A DNA stretch of 64,000 nt from Yuukianura sp. NJ FZ-2021 (GCA_046563655.1 CM102289.1:2728001-2792000), one strand, 5' to 3'. Shown: positions 1 to 11,970, counted from the stretch's first letter. The notes: generated by a model from the letters alone, not told the origin. Numbers and translations are program-made.

Positions 1-195
1 GAAATTATCCCAGACGGATTCCAGGATTTGACAAAAGTTACAGCGTCGGACAAGAAAACGTTGACGAGGGAATTTCATCTTCAGAGTGGAAATTACGTTA
101 TTGTGCCCCACACAGCTTCATCTGGCGTCGAGTACGAATTTTCTCTGCGTGTTTTGAGCTTTGAATCAAACGAAAAAATTGAAGAATTACTGTGA
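1..195 (+). CDS. C-terminal end of a calpain-family protein (domain III / C2-like), truncated by window edge
   Basis: Frame 1 reads EIIPDGFQDLTKVTASDKKTLTREFHLQSGNYVIVPHTASSGVEYEFSLRVLSFESNEKIEELL* (TGA 193-195), matching the calpain III pattern R-F-L-x-x-G-x-YVIVP-x-T...F-x-LRV. Confidence 0.7.
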   Translation, partial: EIIPDGFQDLTKVTASDKKTLTREFHLQSGNYVIVPHTASSGVEYEFSLRVLSFESNEKIEELL

Positions 196-850
196 ATCCT
201 ATTTGGTATTGATTTACAACAGGAACCATTGTGTGACACGTTACTTGTATTGAAGATTGGCTACGAAATTAAATTTTTGGTGGTATGGTGATTCAAATCC
301 TCTTTGCACCATAAATTTTCAACTTATGAGGACTTATTTTTTTAAACAAGCGGTGTACGTAAAAGGTAGTAGTCTCGTTGAATAGTATGAAATATTTCAT
401 ATTTAGATGAAAAAAAAAACCTTAGACACCTTAACGCCGCTCTATGCTCGTTATCCGATTTTGAAATTTTGCTCGCAAAGAACTGAATACTCGTACAGCG
501 TATGACGGACGAACTTTGTTTTTGCGTGCTTATCCTAATCCTAATAAATCAGGTAAGTTTAATAAAAAGGGAAAGGTGAGAAATACTGGTAGTATTTAAT
601 GCTGACGTTGATGATAAAAAGAAACCTTACGGCATCATCGAGTACCAAGTGAGAATACTATTCACATCAAACACTGAAAAATTTAAGGTGTTGCCCACAT
701 CAAATCGTTTCACAATTTCAAATTTTCCGTAAATTTTCTATGAGTAGCAGTTAGGGCTTTACAAGCACCTAGTAACTGAGCCATGGAGCAGAGATCCGCA
801 GAGCGTACAACTTTATTAGAAGTGGTGGCTGGTAAAAAAAACAGACTCCC

Positions 851-2703
851 CTAGTTTTCTTCTTCGGGGCTTTTCACCTTGTGAATGACAACGTCCGTGT
901 TTTCAAGTTTTGTCCGAATGTAACTTGTACAATAACTAGACAGCTGAAAATTAAAAAAAAAATAATTGGAGACATTGCGAAATTGACCACAATGACCTTG
1001 CACACTTACCTTCCGATTACCACGCAAAGATAACTTTTCCAGCCAATTCATTTTCGCCAAACCAAAATACGCAGTGGGATCGAGTGAGCCTTCACCTTGA
1101 AGAATGATACTAAGCGTCCTCAAACCTATTTGACGAGAAAATTTGATATTCCTTATTCAAATAACTCAATTGTTTGAAAATTTTGAGGTTACCTGTTAGG
1201 TTCAAAATGGAGTTAGCGGAATGTACGACTTCAATTGTTTCTACTTTCGTGGGAGCCAAGTACCTCTGTAAATGTCTCAGAGTGGGTTCGGTAATGCCCA
1301 ACAAGCCCATGTTGACATCATCGTCGCCAGGTTGAGGCTTGAGCCAAATATCCAGTGTTTTCAACGAGCTCCAAGCCCACAAGGGTTCAAATTCACAAAC
1401 TATTTTTCCTTTGAGACTAACAGTTTCTGGGAAGCACTGCGCCAGCGCTGCTATGAGTTCTCCACTGGCACCAAAGTATCCCAATGTAATCTTCGTTTCC
1501 GGTTCTCTCTCAATACGAATTCCGCCAGTTGAAGTCTTACAGAATCGAATTGGATGTACTCCACCAACAAACCGAGAGAGGTTACACTCAAATCGTGGTA
1601 AAAGTTTAATGACCTTCAATCCATCAAAGTACTCTCTGCGCAGAAACCAACTTGCATCGTGTGGTCTAAAATCGTAAGCATCAACGACGTGTCTGAAATC
1701 GTAACCACCCAAATCAAGTCCATAGATATGCAGTTCCTCTAGCGTCGGAGGGCGACTTTTCATCAAATTAGTCAGACCAATACGACAAGCGTCTGCTTCT
1801 TCTTGTTTAACCCAGTAATAGAACAGTTTCAAAATTTTAAGCCCGCGTGCCTTTGTAACTACTGATTGAAGTGCGGTTAGCCCAGCAGCATCCATATCTC
1901 CGGCTGTCTCTAAACGCGTTAAGTTTGGGGCGAATTGAGAATTGTCAAGTGCTTCTAAGGCTGATGACGGCCCTGAAACTCCAATTCCCTCGATTGTAAT
2001 TTCATGAAGTTGTGGCGTATTTTGAAACAGTTCGGTGAAGAATTCTTTGAGTTCCTTCTGGGAATGATTGAAAAACGTATAAGATCCACGCGAATTCAGA
2101 ATCTGTAGAAATCTGTGCAAGTAGCCAATCAGACGGAGTGTTTTGAGCTTTGGGAAAAGTATTTCAGAATCCGCGGAACTCAAGTTTGTGATTGGGTACT
2201 GTGAGGTGGGAAGTGGCATCGTGCATCTGACCAAATTCTGTCCAAGTTCTTTGAAGATGTAAAGCATTTGGTCAAAAGTGATTTCCACTTCGTCGTGCAT
2301 CTCTTCGAGGTGCAACTCAGTTAACCGATAGGCGGAACACACATCGGCGATGAGTTTTGGCATTGATGGTTCCATAATTTCCCCCAGGCGTAGGACGAGA
2401 GAAGAAAAGAAAATGCTGTTTGTATATACATAATGTTCAAGCAGGTGGGAAAGGTCGTTACTGATTCCAGTAGACGATTCTACAGTGACCTTGGAGGTCA
2501 AAACTAACTTCGATTGGAACACGGAATCCCATGAGGAACAAACTAGCCGACAACGTTTTAGTTCTGAGTAATCCAAGATGTTTGCGAGAGATTTCAGCAC
2601 CTGAAAATTACAATGCATTAAAACCTAGTGTTTTAATTTAGAATTTCAAAAATTGTGCTTCAGTACTCACTGGAGTCAGCAATAATGGATTCTGTTGTGC
2701 CAT
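851..2703 (-). CDS. F-box / LRR-like protein, 4 exons (2703-2671, 2600-1193, 1125-1010, 943-851)
   Basis: Phase-consistent GT-AG introns. N-terminus MAQQNPLLLTP|VLKSLANILDYSELKRCRLVCSSW is F-box-like; LxxLxL repeats follow (LKTLRL, LKILKL, LEELHI, LKTLDI). Confidence 0.8.
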
Positions 2704-3308
2704 GGTGTTATCCGCTAGATGTTAGACGTAAACCTCAAAATTCCGGTTTGTTTAAATCCACATGAAAACGGCGACAAAACTTTCGTTAAATAAATCTAAA
2801 TGCTAGATTCGCCAAGAAGGGTTTGATAATTTACAATCAGCCCCATTTAAATTAAATGTAGCAAAACAAAACATTTTCGCGATTTTGCAACTGAGGATTA
2901 GATTTATCAAACAATCTGTGCACGTTGCCGGCGGCTGAATAACATATGATATCACCCAAAATGATTCATACGATTTCAATCTAACATGATCTCCTAATAT
3001 GGATTTTTTTGCAAATATTTTTCTTGCTTGTGAGTTTTCCATGCCCACACAACCAAATATGATTTATTAAGTTTCCCTGCAGTAATTCCTGGCATTCAAA
3101 ATGTATATCCAAATAAATTTTTTTGTCGTGTCAATCAAAAAAATTTACAAATCAAAATTTGCTTCCAAAATTTTTGCCTAAATAGTTAGGTAAAGCAACA
3201 GCACGATGACCTTTCGGTAGCGAATACAAATACTCAAAAAATATGTCATGTGCGAAGTACGGTTTTCGTTTTTGTTATGATTAAATAAACCGTAGTAAAC
3301 GCCGTACG

Positions 3309-4484
3309 TAAGTAGCGAAAGGGAGATAGAGCACACAATCCGGAAATTGTGCACTTCCGGTCAAACCGGAACCGTATTAATCACGCCCAGGCTATGACAA
3401 ACCGATTTACGAAGACAGATTGCAAATCGGTCCAGGGTTTCGGAGGTACAGTTATAGTGCAGACAGGCAGACAAGCAGACGGACAGACACACAGCCAGAC
3501 TCGGGAGAAACATAAAGTAGGTCATGCTTCCCCAAGTAGGACGAGGGACGCAATTTTGCAACTTCTATCGTCTGTATCTCTGTAACCGTAGATCAAAGGT
3601 CAAGGTCACCTTTACAAAAGTTGTTCAGCCCAATGAGATAAACAACTTTTGTAGAAGTCATTTTTTCGATTTCCGTAAATAAAGTATTTGACCTTGACCT
3701 TTGACCTGGACATGGACAACTTCCGGTCAAGCTGGACACTGATTAGACACCCCTGGAATATGTGAAACGCAAATGTGGAAACAGATTGAAAATCGGTCCA
3801 GTGGTTCTGGAGTTATAGACGCGAATAGCATGGGCGACGCCATTATGCAACTTCCAAGGTGTATATCTTCAGAACCCTAGGTCAAAGGTCAAGGTCACCT
3901 GTACAAAAGTTGCTCGTCTCGATGAAATGAACAACTTTTGTAAAGGTCATTTTCCCGATTTCTGTCAAAATTGTATTTGACCTTGACCTTTGACCCGGAC
4001 CTGGACAACATCCGGTCAAGCTGGATACTGATTAGACACTCCTGGAATATGTGAAGTAGAAATGTGAAGACAGATTGAAAATCGCTGCAGTGGTTCTGGA
4101 GTTATAGACGCGAATAGCACGAGCGACCCCATTATGCAACTCTTAAGGTCTATATCTCCAGAACCCCAGGTCAAAGGTCAAGGTCACCTATACAAAAGTT
4201 GTTCAGTTCGATGAGATGAACAACATTTGCAGAGGTCATTTTCTCGATTTCTGTCACAAATGTATTTGACCTTGACCTTTGACCCTTAAGGGGTCTACTT
4301 CCAGTCAAACGGGTCACCGATTGTTCACCCCCAGACGATGTCAAGTTCATCTGTAAAGACAGATTGAAAATCGGTTCAGCGGTTCCAGAGCTAGCTTGAC
4401 CAGCAGACGGACGGACAGACGGACAGACGGACAGACAGACAGACTCGGGGAAAAACATAAAGTAGCTCATACTTTCGCTACTTA
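3309..4484. mobile_element. Non-autonomous Helentron/DINE-1-like element with internal ~289-bp tandem repeats
   Basis: 13-bp inverted repeat TAAGTAGCGAAAG (3309-3321) / CTTTCGCTACTTA (4472-4484); short hairpin AGTAGC..GCTACT at the right end; (CAGA/CGGA)n microsatellites near 3460-3500 and 4403-4444; three ~289-bp units each with GGTCAAAGGTCAAGGTC-like (3591, 3880, 4169) and GACCTTGACCTTTGACC (3690, 3979, 4268). Exact termini uncertain. Confidence 0.6.
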
Positions 4485-4848
4485 ATAAGTAGATAGAAAA
4501 GTTTTGGAAGTTTCACTTTGTCATCAAACAGTTACTTAACATTCTTGCATAATTTTTTTTAGTACAAACCACTGAAATTTAAATAATCAAATTTTGCGGC
4601 ATGTTCACTCTAAGTAGTTTATAAGTCTAAAAAATTTTAGCAAAAAAATATTATCTGGAAATATTAAATAAGTTAGACACACTTTAGCGGTTAAACATTG
4701 ATGATTTGCGGTCGTGTTGGTTTTGTGTCTGTTTTTAATCGCTGGATTAGTTATAATTGTAACTCCATGTTAACATAGAGAAAAACAGGGCTCATTGCTA
4801 GGTTTAACGCAGTTTTTCAAATAAATTGCTTATTTTAACTGTTGAAAA

Positions 4849-6146
4849 ATGGGGTTAGCTGAACATACTATTGTTGTTGACGAAGGAAGTTGCTGGGTTA
4901 GAGCTGGAATTTCAGGTGAACATTTTCCGACTCATGTATTTTCTGCGAAGGAATTCCAGCAAAACGAAGGTTCGTATGTTGGCGGGAGAGAGAAAGTCTG
5001 GACACATATTTTCGACAATGTTATGAAACTGGATCCCAGCGAAACTTCTCTCTTTCTCACAGAATCACCAATGGAATCTAAAGAAAACAGGAATAAAGTG
5101 GCAGAGGTAATGTGTGGAGAAATTTTTATGAAAAATTTATACCTATGAGTAGAAATCTTTGCATCTATATTTTGAAATTTTAAGATTTTGTTTGAAGAAT
5201 TTGGCGTACCAGCTCTGGTTACAGGAAACAGAGCAGTTCTGTCTCTGCTTCATGGTGGATGTGTCACTGGAGTAGTTCTGCATTGCGGACATGAGCGTTC
5301 CTATGCTGTCCCAATTTATCAAAGTAAGACAAAGACTATATTTTTAGATTATGTATTTATGTGTGACAGACAATTTGTGAGTTTTTTGTGCAAACATAGA
5401 GTTGTGTTTTGATGTTTTAATTTCTAAAATCCAGGCGCCGCCATTCCAAACTCAACATTTGAAATCTCTTTGGCGGGAAATGAGTTAACAAAAAGACTTC
5501 GAGAAGCCCTTGTTCAGCGTGGCTACACTTTGAAGTTTCCCGCCGATGAGGAGCAAGTTCGGTTGGCCAAGGAAAAGCTGTGCTACGTTGCAACAGATTT
5601 TGAAGAACAAATGAAATTGGATGTCATTGAGCAGAAGCGGACACATAAACTGTCCGACGGCCAATTCGTGACAATTGACAAAGAACGATTCTGCGTACCC
5701 GAGGTTCTTTTTAGTTCTAAAGAACTGCAGCCAAGTATAGATGGCAGCATAGTTAAGCTTCCTGAGTTGTGTGCGAAAGCAGTATCATCGACAGGGGAAG
5801 AGTTGCAAAACGTAAGGCAAAATCATATTCTTCAATAATTTTTATATAAAATATGGAATGAAAAAAAAACAAGTTTTTAAATTTTTAGGTTATGTATCGT
5901 AACGTTGTTTTGAGTGGAGGTACGACAATGCTTCCAGGATTTGCTGATCGAATGGAATCAGATCTTCGAAAACTTGTTTCTCCTAAATGTTCAAAAGTGA
6001 AAGTAATCAGTCAGGAGGATCGAAATCATTCCAGTTGGATTGGCGGATCGACGCTCACTGCAGTTCATGCTTTTCAAAATCTTTGGATTACAAAGGCTGA
6101 CTATGAAGAAACGGGTCATAGAGTTGCGAGTTACAAATGCTTCTGA
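4849..6146 (+). CDS. Divergent actin-related protein, 343 aa, 4 exons (4849-5106, 5185-5323, 5435-5811, 5889-6146)
   Basis: Actin motifs IVVDEGS..RAG, LFLTESP, FEEFGVPAL, KEKLCYVATDFEEQM, LSDGQFVTIDKERFCVPEVLF, NVVLSGGTTMLPG, SSWIGGS and C-terminal KCF; phase-consistent GT-AG introns. Confidence 0.9.
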
Positions 6147-6897
6147 AGAAAACCCGCTTCGTTTCCACATAATTCCATTTGTCACTGCAAAATTCTTCAA
6201 ACTTTTCAATGTGTTACACTTGTTTCAAAAATTATGTGCATTAATCGTTGTTGGCTTTAGTAAAAAAAATTTAAGTCATTTGTTTGTCGTAAGCTCATCA
6301 ATGATTACATGTGATACTGATGACGGGAAAGTCGGAAAGTTGACAGAAAAAAATTCACAACACTTTAGGTTCCCTGAATAGATAGGTGTCATTTTTCACA
6401 TAAAAATTATACCAAATCACATAAGCGTACAATTGTTTCGTTCCCGTGTAAATATTTGTTAAGTCTAATTGAATCTAATGAGTAATTTCAGTTTATTTGA
6501 TTAACACAATGCTTCAATTTAGAAAAAAAAAGTGACAAACTTTGTGCGTAAATCAGCTACTAATTACTAAATCCTCATTTATTCCGATCTTTTCGTCTTT
6601 TTTTTCCTAGAATTGATTTTACTGTTTGTTTGCCTAAAATAACTGTAAATCCTGATTGGCCTTTATGTCGCTTTATCAATTTCAGAACGAAAAACGAAAA
6701 CCGAAAGCAGATTATATTGTATTACAATGACTAAACCTCATCAACTGATACCAAAGTAATATTTATCAACAGAAGTTGTAACAAATAAGCTGTATAAAAC
6801 TAGGTGCAGATCAAAGCATTTTAATAAACCATTTTTACAACCATTTCTCAAAAGTGTTTTGCATTTAATAGCACTAGCATTTGTCTCGTAGGTGAAA

Positions 6898-7712
6898 ATG
6901 TCACCAGTTTACTTTTTCCTTGCGTTGTTTTGCATCTGTGGAGTAGCAATCGCTCAGTACAATCCTACTGCAAAGTTGTATAATGCATCCAACTGCGGCG
7001 ACGCATTTGTCAAAATTCCACAAAACAACTACGTTCCTGACCTAAGTCAAATTGCATTCGACAACAAAGCTCAGTCTGTCTTCCTACGTGGACCGTAAGA
7101 TTTTATTTAAGAAACTACTTCATTCTCAGCATTCTGCAAAATTCCCTCAACTTTAGAAATTTTAATTTGAAAACACATTCACTCATTAGAAAATATTTCA
7201 GGTGGATGTTCTATGACTTGCAAAACTACAACTACGCACAGGATGCTCTGATGGAGTACATTTTCGAATCGAGCGAACGCTGCGTAAATTTCATTGACAT
7301 CGGTGGGTATTCGTCATCAGTCAAATATGCTGGACACAGCGGTGACTACCGCGTAGACACCATAACGTTCTACGAGTACACATATTTCCAAGCTGCAGAA
7401 GAATTAGTTCAGTACGACATGCCAAACCTGGCTCTTCATGGACGCATTGCCTCCCTCATTGTGACTGGAACCTCTGCATGGACCATTTATGACATGCCCA
7501 GCTATGGTGGCAACGCTATTTGTCTAGAAATTGAACCTTCGCCGAACTACGAACCTGCATTCGTTCCAAATACGGCGCTCCTTGACCCGACGGTTCCGCG
7601 TGGGGCAATTGCGTCAGTTCAGAAAGGCTGCCACACTAAAAACATCCTCAAAGTCAAACGTAGCAAGACTTCCGTACATAACAAGAGTGTCGATCTCAAA
7701 ATTTCATTTTGA
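6898..7712 (+). CDS. Secreted beta/gamma-crystallin-domain protein, copy 1 (exons 6898-7094, 7202-7712)
   Basis: Signal peptide MSPVYFFLALFCICGVAIA; Greek-key-like motifs FDNKAQSV..GPWMFYD..NY, ITFYEYTYFQ and IASLIVTG..AWTIYD.PSYGG..ICL; phase-2 intron joins GP|WMFY. Confidence 0.7.
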
Positions 7713-8800
7713 ATTAACTTGAATTTATAAGTGCTCATTAACTAAAAAAGCATTGTCAAATAATGTTAATTGTTTATTTAATATGAATAATCCTGAACAA
7801 TTGAATAAGCATTGAGGATAAATCTATAATTTAGAACTATACACGGCAGGAGAAACGTAAAATTGCCTTCTGACAACAAAATTTGAACTTGATTAAAATA
7901 AAATTCAGTTTTTTTTTGTCACAGGAATAAAAAATGTCGGATTGGAATAAATTTTTGAATTACAGCACGACATTTAAAACCAAGATAATGTTGCCGAGGA
8001 ATGAGCGCCAAATCGACAGCACACTATAAATTCCCAACTTACCATGCATTTATTTATTTTAAGAAACGTTGGTTACGTAAGAGGTAGTATTTTAGTAGCA
8101 TGGTACAAAATATTTTATATTTTGTTGAAAAAAACTTTGGACATTATACGAAATCGACGATACGTGCACCTTATTGACTGCTGAAGTGCTGAAACATTAC
8201 TCGCAAATTTCATGCTCACAAATTAAAGACAGAGACTAGGCCGAATCTGAACAAACCGCGGTTGATGAGGTTGATTAACAAGCTGAAGACGGAGGTGACA
8301 GAGGAGATGGCGATTACTCGGATGTAGAAGACGACTACGAATGGAAAATTAACGATCACAATGCCTAATGGGAAGCATGGGACGAGTCTTGTGCTGGGCT
8401 TCCGTTTTAATTTTACGTCAAAACTTAGATTTGGAACGGCAGAAAATTGCTCGTTTGCGTCTACACTTGTGACAGTGCCAAATGAATTCATGGAAGTCAC
8501 GCTTACTCCATTCCAAAAAACTGGAAAATGTTTCCAGTGTTTGTGGTTTGAAACGATGCCAAGCACTTCTAAAGTCCGCAATGGTATTGAAACTAAGTCA
8601 TTGGAACACTGGAACGCACGTATTTGCTTGACCTACTCTAAACATATTCGTTCCGCATATATAAATGCCGTTTCGGTGAATCTAAACAATTTAATATACA
8701 TTTTGATACTCCGGTTTTAAGCTGTTAAAGCTATACAACGCATTTACAAGTATTTATTTACTAATTTGTTCATAACCCAATCTTTGTAGCCAAAAGAACT

Positions 8801-10009
8801 ATGTTTTCGATTGCAGCTACATTGACATTGCTGCAAATAATTGTAACTGCGACAGCCAGAGTCTCAAATCTACAACATAAGGTAAACAATAGAACCCTCA
8901 ATAATCGCATGACCTTTCAACTATTGAAGTGTTTCGCAATGGTTACTTGTTTATAAATTAAGACTCCAATTCTCCAATTTGTGGCAATTTTAGGGTTGTT
9001 GATCCAGCAATCTCAAGTTCAGATCACTGTTCAGATCGAATAAGAAACCGCAAAAACACCTGCACGTCGTCATGTGCTTTTTTCCCATAAGAAAAGAAAA
9101 GCTACTCACTCCTTCCTTCCTTCCCTGAGAAAAGAGGAAAGATTTTTTTTGACAGCTAAAAAGAAGAGAATTAGATATTGCGCGGCATGAAGGTGTTATC
9201 TCTAGAAACTATTTTTTTTGTGAGTTCTTCCTTTAGAAAAAAATCATTTGTTGGCGGTAACACCTGCAAGCCGCGCAACTTGAAATTCTCTTCTTTTTCG
9301 CTGTCAAAAAAGAATCTTCCCTCTTTTCTCAGGGAAGGAAGGCAGGAATTATTAGCTTTTTTGTTCTTAAGGGAAAAAAGCACATGACGACGTGCAGGTG
9401 TTTTTGCGGTTTCTTTTTTGATCTGAACAGTATGCATCCGAAAATCTTCTCAACTTTTTAAATTCGAATCGCACGTAACATATAACTTTTTGAAAATTAC
9501 TTTTACAGGTTGGGTCGAAAGGGAATGTAACAAACCACGCTGAATCAAACCTTGTCTTACACGACGGGGAAGCCGATTTTGACAAAGGTAAAGGCTTGAT
9601 TCAAAGTCCGCTAATTTTTGTCTTGGCATAATGTATTTTTTACATACGCTTTTTGAGCCTTATTTGGACCAACATGGAGGAAGTTTTATGTATTTATTAT
9701 GGCTCAGGTTCAGATTTTGGTATCTACATTCCGCTTCCAGGCTTTCCTATTCCGAACTGTACCACACCCAGCGTTTGTTGCAAAACGCAGTGTGAATTCA
9801 CCGCCCAAGGTGGATCTTGTATGCCAACGGGAACGCCTATCGATACGTGCAAACCAAGCGGTGCAAATGCAATGACGGGCACTCCCTGTCTCAACACTCA
9901 AACATGCCCACAATGTCGGAATTTCTTATGCCAAGCGCCGTATCCGGTGTCAACAACAGGATTAATCTGCGACAATCCATCAGTCTTACGTCTAATTTGC
10001 CCAGCTTAA
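8801..10009 (+). CDS. Small secreted cysteine-rich protein of unknown family (exons 8801-8881, 9509-9587, 9708 or 9714-10009)
   Basis: Signal-like MFSIAATLTLLQIIVTATA, donor AAG|GTAAAC, middle exon VGSKGNVTNHAESNLVLHDGEADFDK, phase-1 junction into a 12-Cys exon; TATATAAA at ~8658. Confidence 0.65.
9026..9431. mobile_element. ~406-bp fold-back MITE (possibly Tc1/mariner-type, TA target) in an intron
   Basis: Long imperfect inverted arms ACTGTTCAGATC..AAGAAACCGCAAAAACACCTGCACGTCGTCATGTGCTTTTTTCCC / reverse complement ending GATCTGAACAGT; TA on the right, CA on the left. Confidence 0.8.
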
Positions 10010-11970
10010 CGTTGGAACCACGTTGGCTTACTGAAAATACAAGCCTTCATCCATGTCGGATGCAGTAGAAAATGAAATATACCTTTCGTTTTGCAATTGA
10101 GTAGATTTGTGTATAACAGTAAAATAAAAATACAACATACAAGTCAAAAAAAAAGCTGCAAATAATATCCTTACATAAAAATTTAAATGCATTTTTGAAA
10201 TATTTTTTTTCACTGCTTCAAGCTTTCCTGTTGCCGATCACGTAAGGTGATGGCGACCTAGTAACGAAAGCAAATGCGTTGCAATTGTTTCAGTATTATT
10301 CCCGCCACCTTGGATTAATTTTTTGATTTTTTTCAATTTTCTGCGGGTGCATGTCCTGTGAAATTGAAATTGTACTAGCCTCTGTCTCAGTTTTTGGGCT
10401 GCCTGTATATCATTTTTAGACCTGGTATAAATGTTTTTTTTAGAAATTAAATATTTTTTTATTTAAAAAAAGTATTTCGCTATTTTAAAAAAATGTTTAC
10501 ATTTTTTTAAAATAGCGAAATATATTTTTAAAATATATATATATATAAAAAATGTAAACATTTTTTTAAATTTCTGCGTATCAGAGGTTCTTTTTAGTTC
10601 TAAAGAACAGCAGCCAGGTATAAATGGGATCACCGACAACCTTCCTGAGTTGTGTGCTAAAACAATATCATCAACGGAGGAAGAGCTGCAAAATGTAATG
10701 ATTTTAAAATCAAATATCAAATGAAAAATAATGTTTCATCACAACATTTTCCACTTACCCGTTGAAAATATAAAGTAAATTCTTAAAAAAAAAAACTAAG
10801 TCAAAAACCAAAATTAGCTCACCATAATATATGCTCATATGACAAAAAAGTAAATCAAATCGAAAGTATGCTAAATTTAGAACAGGTAGATATTTTATGT
10901 CTTTTTGAAACTTGGTTGAAAGAAGGTGGAGGGGTCATTGTGCCAAAAGGTTTTCATTTCTACAGTAAACCTAGAGTACAAAAAAGAGGAGGGGGGGTTG
11001 GAATTCTGTGTAGGAAAAACTTAAAAATAAACGATTTGTATATAGATGAAACTGAATTTAAAGTTCCTTTCTCATTAGAATATATGTGCAAAAAGGTGCA
11101 ACTTGGATTTAACAAAACAATTGTGGTTGTAGTGGTTTATATCCCAGACAAAAAATTAAATGATGCGGATTTGTTCAATTTGGAGCAGTTGTTTTTGCAA
11201 CTAATGCGATCAAATAGAGTATGTTTTGTATTGGGTGATTTAATCAGCGATTTTTTCAAAGTTGATAAATACACAAAGATACACAAATGAAACGTCTTTT
11301 TGAAAAATTAAATTTGAGTCAATTAGTGAAAGATAAAACGAGAAATCTTGCGCTGTTAGATTATATTGTCACCAATGATGTGACAGTAACAGAAGCTCAA
11401 GTCCACGAATTTGGTATTTCTGATCACGTTCTCAGTATTGTAGAATATAAAGTCAAAAATGTTAAAAAGAAAATGATAATTGAAGAGAAAAGAAACTTTT
11501 CTGAAATTGATCTAATTGAGCTAAATTTAATAATGGAAAATGCCGTCCTTATCCTTGGTAACGAATAGCCAAGTGAAATGTTGTTTAACAAATTCACTAA
11601 ACAAATTAATAAATTAATGACATTTTTAAAAAAAAGAAGACGAGTTAAGGAAAATTTAAGTCGTAATGTTGATCTTAATCCTGAATTGGAAGCCTTGTAT
11701 AAAGAGGCTAATGATTTGAGGAAAAAGTTCTGCAAAGCGAAAGTTGATTGTTTAAAGTTTGAGTTAAAAAAAATCAAGAAGGAAATCAAAGTCAAATTAA
11801 AGAAAACCATTTCTGAGAAGGTTTTAAAGCTTTTAAAGAAGAATAACGTGTGGGACGTTTTAAAAACTGAATTTCAATTTGATGTTGATGGCAAATTTAA
11901 ATGTGATAACGAAAACAATTTTGATCCTGAGGAACTAAATGAGTTTTATGTGAAAAATTCATTTGAACTT

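Noticed and set aside
8216..8720. ORFs 8216-8581 (-) and 8361-8720 (+) and an acidic coding-like stretch
   Set aside because: No recognisable motifs; the most protein-like frame has several stops. Possibly a decayed gene or TE, but not supportable.
10220..10420. Possible LINE ORF1 remnant on the minus strand (ISQDMHPQK..)
   Set aside because: Similarity is limited to a few residues with frameshifts; too weak to call.
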